Shown piece after piece: positions 61,843-64,000 of a DNA stretch of 64,000 nt (positions within the stretch are counted from its first letter, which is position 1; every line of letters starts with the position of its first letter). Made by a program: the position numbers and the translations under genes. The notes below the pieces were generated by a model. That model was given only the letters and a program-made list of their open reading frames with translations, did no database searches and had not been told where the DNA came from. The DNA comes from Thermoanaerobaculia bacterium (GTDB lineage Bacteria; Acidobacteriota; Thermoanaerobaculia; Multivoradales; Multivoraceae), in assembly GCA_022826745.1 (NCBI GenBank), contig JAJDUI010000012.1, forward strand, positions 69,378 through 133,377. The letters are read 5' to 3'.

Positions 61843-63260
61843 CCCAACGCCCTGAGACGCCGGCGCACGTCCTCGTCGAGCTGGTCGTCCTCGATCTCTT
61901 CGGCGGAGACGATCTCACCGGCCAGGTTGCGCTCCGCCAGCAGGCCGAGCATCCGCTCGACGATGTCCGGCCGGTCGGCGGCCAGGTCCTCCAGCTCGCC
62001 CGGATCCGCATCCAGGTCGAAGAGCATCGGCGCCGTCCCCTGGGAGGGCGACTGCGGCAGCACCAGCTTGTAGGGGCCGCGGATCACGGAGGCGGCCCGG
62101 TGGCCGTCCACGTCGAGGTGGGTGTAGATGTCCAGCGGAGCGTCGCCGCGGCGGCGCGCCGCCAGCAAGTCGCGTCCGTCGGTGGGCGGCGCCTCGATAC
62201 CCAGGTAGGCGAGCAGCGTCGGCAGGACGTCGACGTGCTGCGCCGGCTCTTCCACGCGCCGCGGCGGCACCCCGGGCAGGCGCATGACCAGCGGGACCCG
62301 CAGCACCTCCTCGTAGAGCGACAGGCCGTGCTCCCAGCGCCCGTGCTCCGCGAACTCCTCGCCGTGATCGGAGAGATAGATCACCGCCGTGTCCTCGACC
62401 AGGCCGCGCGCCTCCAGCTCGTCGAGCAACTCGCCGAAGGCGCGGTCGTTCTGGGCCACCTCGGCGTCGTACAGCCGCGAAAGCGCGTCGGCGGTCTCCG
62501 GCTCGGGCTCCACCTCGCCGCGGTTCAACCCGAGCAGGTAGCGAACGGTCCGGTAGTGCGCGGGCGCGCCGCCGGCCTCGAACATCTCCTCGAACTCCGG
62601 CGCGGGGTCGTAGGGTCCGTGGGGGTCGATCGCGTGGAGAAAAAGGAAGAACGGCGCCGCCCCGTCCTGCCGCTCATCGAGCCACAGCCGCACGCGGTCC
62701 AGCATCGTCTCGTCGCGCTCGCGGTCCTCGCTGCGGAAGCGGGTGAATCCCTGGGCGAAGCCGAAGGCGCGGCCGACGTTCGGGTTGCGAACCAGGCCCA
62801 TGCCCTCGTAGCCGTGGACGGCCAGGATTTCGGCCAGGGTCGTCGCGTCCTCGGGCAGCACGGAACGGCGGCCGACGGTGCGATGCGCCGGCGGCAGCAG
62901 GCCGGTGAACAGGGAGGCCACCGCAGGCCGGGTCCAGGACGACTGTGCGTAGGCGTTCTCGAAGAGGACCGCGCCCGCGGCGAAGGCGTCCAGCCGCGGC
63001 GAGGTCGGCTTCCCGTAGCCGTAGACGCCGAGCCGGTCGGCGCGGACGGTGTCGACGACGTAGAGGACGATGTTCGGCCGCCGGACGGCCGCGTCGCCCG
63101 GCGCTTCGCCTCCGCAGCCGGCCAGCGCGACTGCCAGCGCGACTGCCGAAACGAGCCGCCCGATCGCGGGAAGGCCCGATAACTGGGACGCCGCGCGCGA
63201 TCGCGGCCTCAACCGGCCGGCGAAGCGAGTCGCGGCTTCGGTTGCGTGGTCATCAGGCAC
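61830..63260 (-). CDS. sulfatase-like hydrolase/transferase (alkaline-phosphatase superfamily), lipoprotein
   Basis: 476-aa ORF with the lipobox 'LALAGCGG'. 'PNIVLYVVDTVRADRLGVYGY' is present. 'SSWTRPAVASLFTG' has Thr at the position of the Cys/Ser in canonical CxPxR sulfatases. Its 3' end overlaps the convergent gene by 13 nt. Confidence 0.75.
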   Translation of the reverse strand: MPDDHATEAATRFAGRLRPRSRAASQLSGLPAIGRLVSAVALAVALAGCGGEAPGDAAVRRPNIVLYVVDTVRADRLGVYGYGKPTSPRLDAFAAGAVLFENAYAQSSWTRPAVASLFTGLLPPAHRTVGRRSVLPEDATTLAEILAVHGYEGMGLVRNPNVGRAFGFAQGFTRFRSEDRERDETMLDRVRLWLDERQDGAAPFFLFLHAIDPHGPYDPAPEFEEMFEAGGAPAHYRTVRYLLGLNRGEVEPEPETADALSRLYDAEVAQNDRAFGELLDELEARGLVEDTAVIYLSDHGEEFAEHGRWEHGLSLYEEVLRVPLVMRLPGVPPRRVEEPAQHVDVLPTLLAYLGIEAPPTDGRDLLAARRRGDAPLDIYTHLDVDGHRAASVIRGPYKLVLPQSPSQGTAPMLFDLDADPGELEDLAADRPDIVERMLGLLAERNLAGEIVSAEEIEDDQLDEDVRRRLRALGYVD

Positions 63261-63306
63261 GGCGACCGAACCGTAGCAGCGCCGCTCCTGTTACCCTCCG
63301 CCCGCC

Positions 63307-64000
63307 ATGAACTCAACAACCGCGCTCGCTTCCCCGCTAGTGGCCGGGCTCGCGGTCGTGACCGGTCTCGTCGGGGTCCTCAAGGCCCGGTTCGGCCTGA
63401 TCTCGCCCCTCGTCGGCTTCGCCCTGTTCTCGTTTCTGATGCCCCTGGGCCTCCTGCTCGGCCTGCTCCTCGGGTTGATCGGCCTGGTGCGGACCCGCCG
63501 CAACCAGCGCCGCGGCGGGGCGTCCCAGGCGTGGGCCGGAGCGCTCCTGTCCGTCGTGGTGCTCGGCTGGGTGCTCACGCTCGCCTACGGAACCGCGCAG
63601 GCGCCGACGATCCACGACATCACGACGAACATCGACGACCCACCGGCCTTCGAAGCCGCGGCCGCCGAGGACAGCCGCGGCGCCGGCTTCGCCTACCCGA
63701 GCGGCGGAGCTACCGTGCCCGATCAGCAGCGGCAGGCCTACCCCGAACTCGACACGCTCCACCTCGACATCTCCGGAGACGAAGCCCTGTGGCGGGTCCG
63801 CCACACGGCGGAGGATCTCGGCTGGACGCCGATCCTCGAAGACCCGGAGAACGGGCGCTTCGAGTTCTCGGACACGACGCCCTGGTTCCGTTTCGTCGAC
63901 TTCGTCGCCGTCCGCGTCCGCGACGACGGCGCCGGCACGGCCATCGACGTGCGCTCCGTGTCCCAGGTCGGAGTCGGCGACCTGGGCGAGAACGCGGCCC
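63307..64000 (+). CDS. DUF1499-like membrane protein (3' end off window)
   Basis: Open frame from ATG at 63307 to the window end; it is not in the track because no stop lies in the window. My translation is 'MNSTTALASPLVAGLAVVTGLVGVLK...FRFVDFVAVRVRDDGAGTAIDVRSVSQVGVGDLGENAA', with 3-4 TM segments. The 'RS.S.vG.sDlG.N' ending resembles DUF1499. Confidence 0.55.
   Translation, partial: MNSTTALASPLVAGLAVVTGLVGVLKARFGLISPLVGFALFSFLMPLGLLLGLLLGLIGLVRTRRNQRRGGASQAWAGALLSVVVLGWVLTLAYGTAQAPTIHDITTNIDDPPAFEAAAAEDSRGAGFAYPSGGATVPDQQRQAYPELDTLHLDISGDEALWRVRHTAEDLGWTPILEDPENGRFEFSDTTPWFRFVDFVAVRVRDDGAGTAIDVRSVSQVGVGDLGENAA

Noticed and set aside
1-64000. Search for CRISPR arrays, IS elements, integrases, phage genes, rRNA and riboswitch-like leaders.
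   Set aside because: I saw no regularly spaced direct repeats, no transposase, integrase or recombinase motifs, no rRNA-like conserved stretches and no long structured leaders. The only repeats found are the short ones listed as features.

Overview
Very high-G+C bacterial chromosomal window, densely coding on both strands. Hand counts of flanking 60-nt lines: 50/60 G+C at 1-60 and 41/60 at 10561-10620. I call 49 CDS (two partial at the window edges), two decayed gene remnants, a few hairpins and short repeats. I recognise no rRNA, tRNA, CRISPR array, integrase or transposase. Most long ORFs in the six-frame track are Arg/Pro/Gly-rich alternative-frame artefacts of the G+C bias, and several real genes start well inside the listed ORFs. 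The gene content includes a GWxTD plus acidobacterial-type VWFA protein, many secreted hydrolases, two sulfatase-family genes, an NPP and a PhoD phosphatase. This suggests an Acidobacteriota-like organism, but that is inference only. Two regions stand out. (1) 14.6-31.0 kb is a co-directional, translationally coupled locus. It encodes an ABC ATPase, a 1177-aa ABC-2 permease with a giant extracytoplasmic domain, a membrane-fusion protein, an RND pump, and a second RND pump fused in one ORF to a membrane-embedded ABC ATPase. It ends with a tandemly duplicated module of a 6-TM ABC-2 permease plus a small Sec-signal peptide carrying an internal double-glycine-type motif and a two-Cys core. This is my best candidate for an undescribed peptide export/immunity system. 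(2) 5.0-10.4 kb is a lower-G+C island. It carries a PP-loop (DUF71/Dph6-like) ATPase fused to an AraC HTH, ATGA-coupled to a GxSxG alpha/beta-hydrolase. Downstream lie a decayed duplicate of that gene junction and two ORFan-like envelope genes. The rest is ordinary metabolism and envelope: TrkAH, UppS, M42 peptidase, HpcH aldolase, amidase, an orphan CbbQ/CbbO-like pair, R2-like oxidase and others. All family assignments come from motif recognition by eye; no database search was run.
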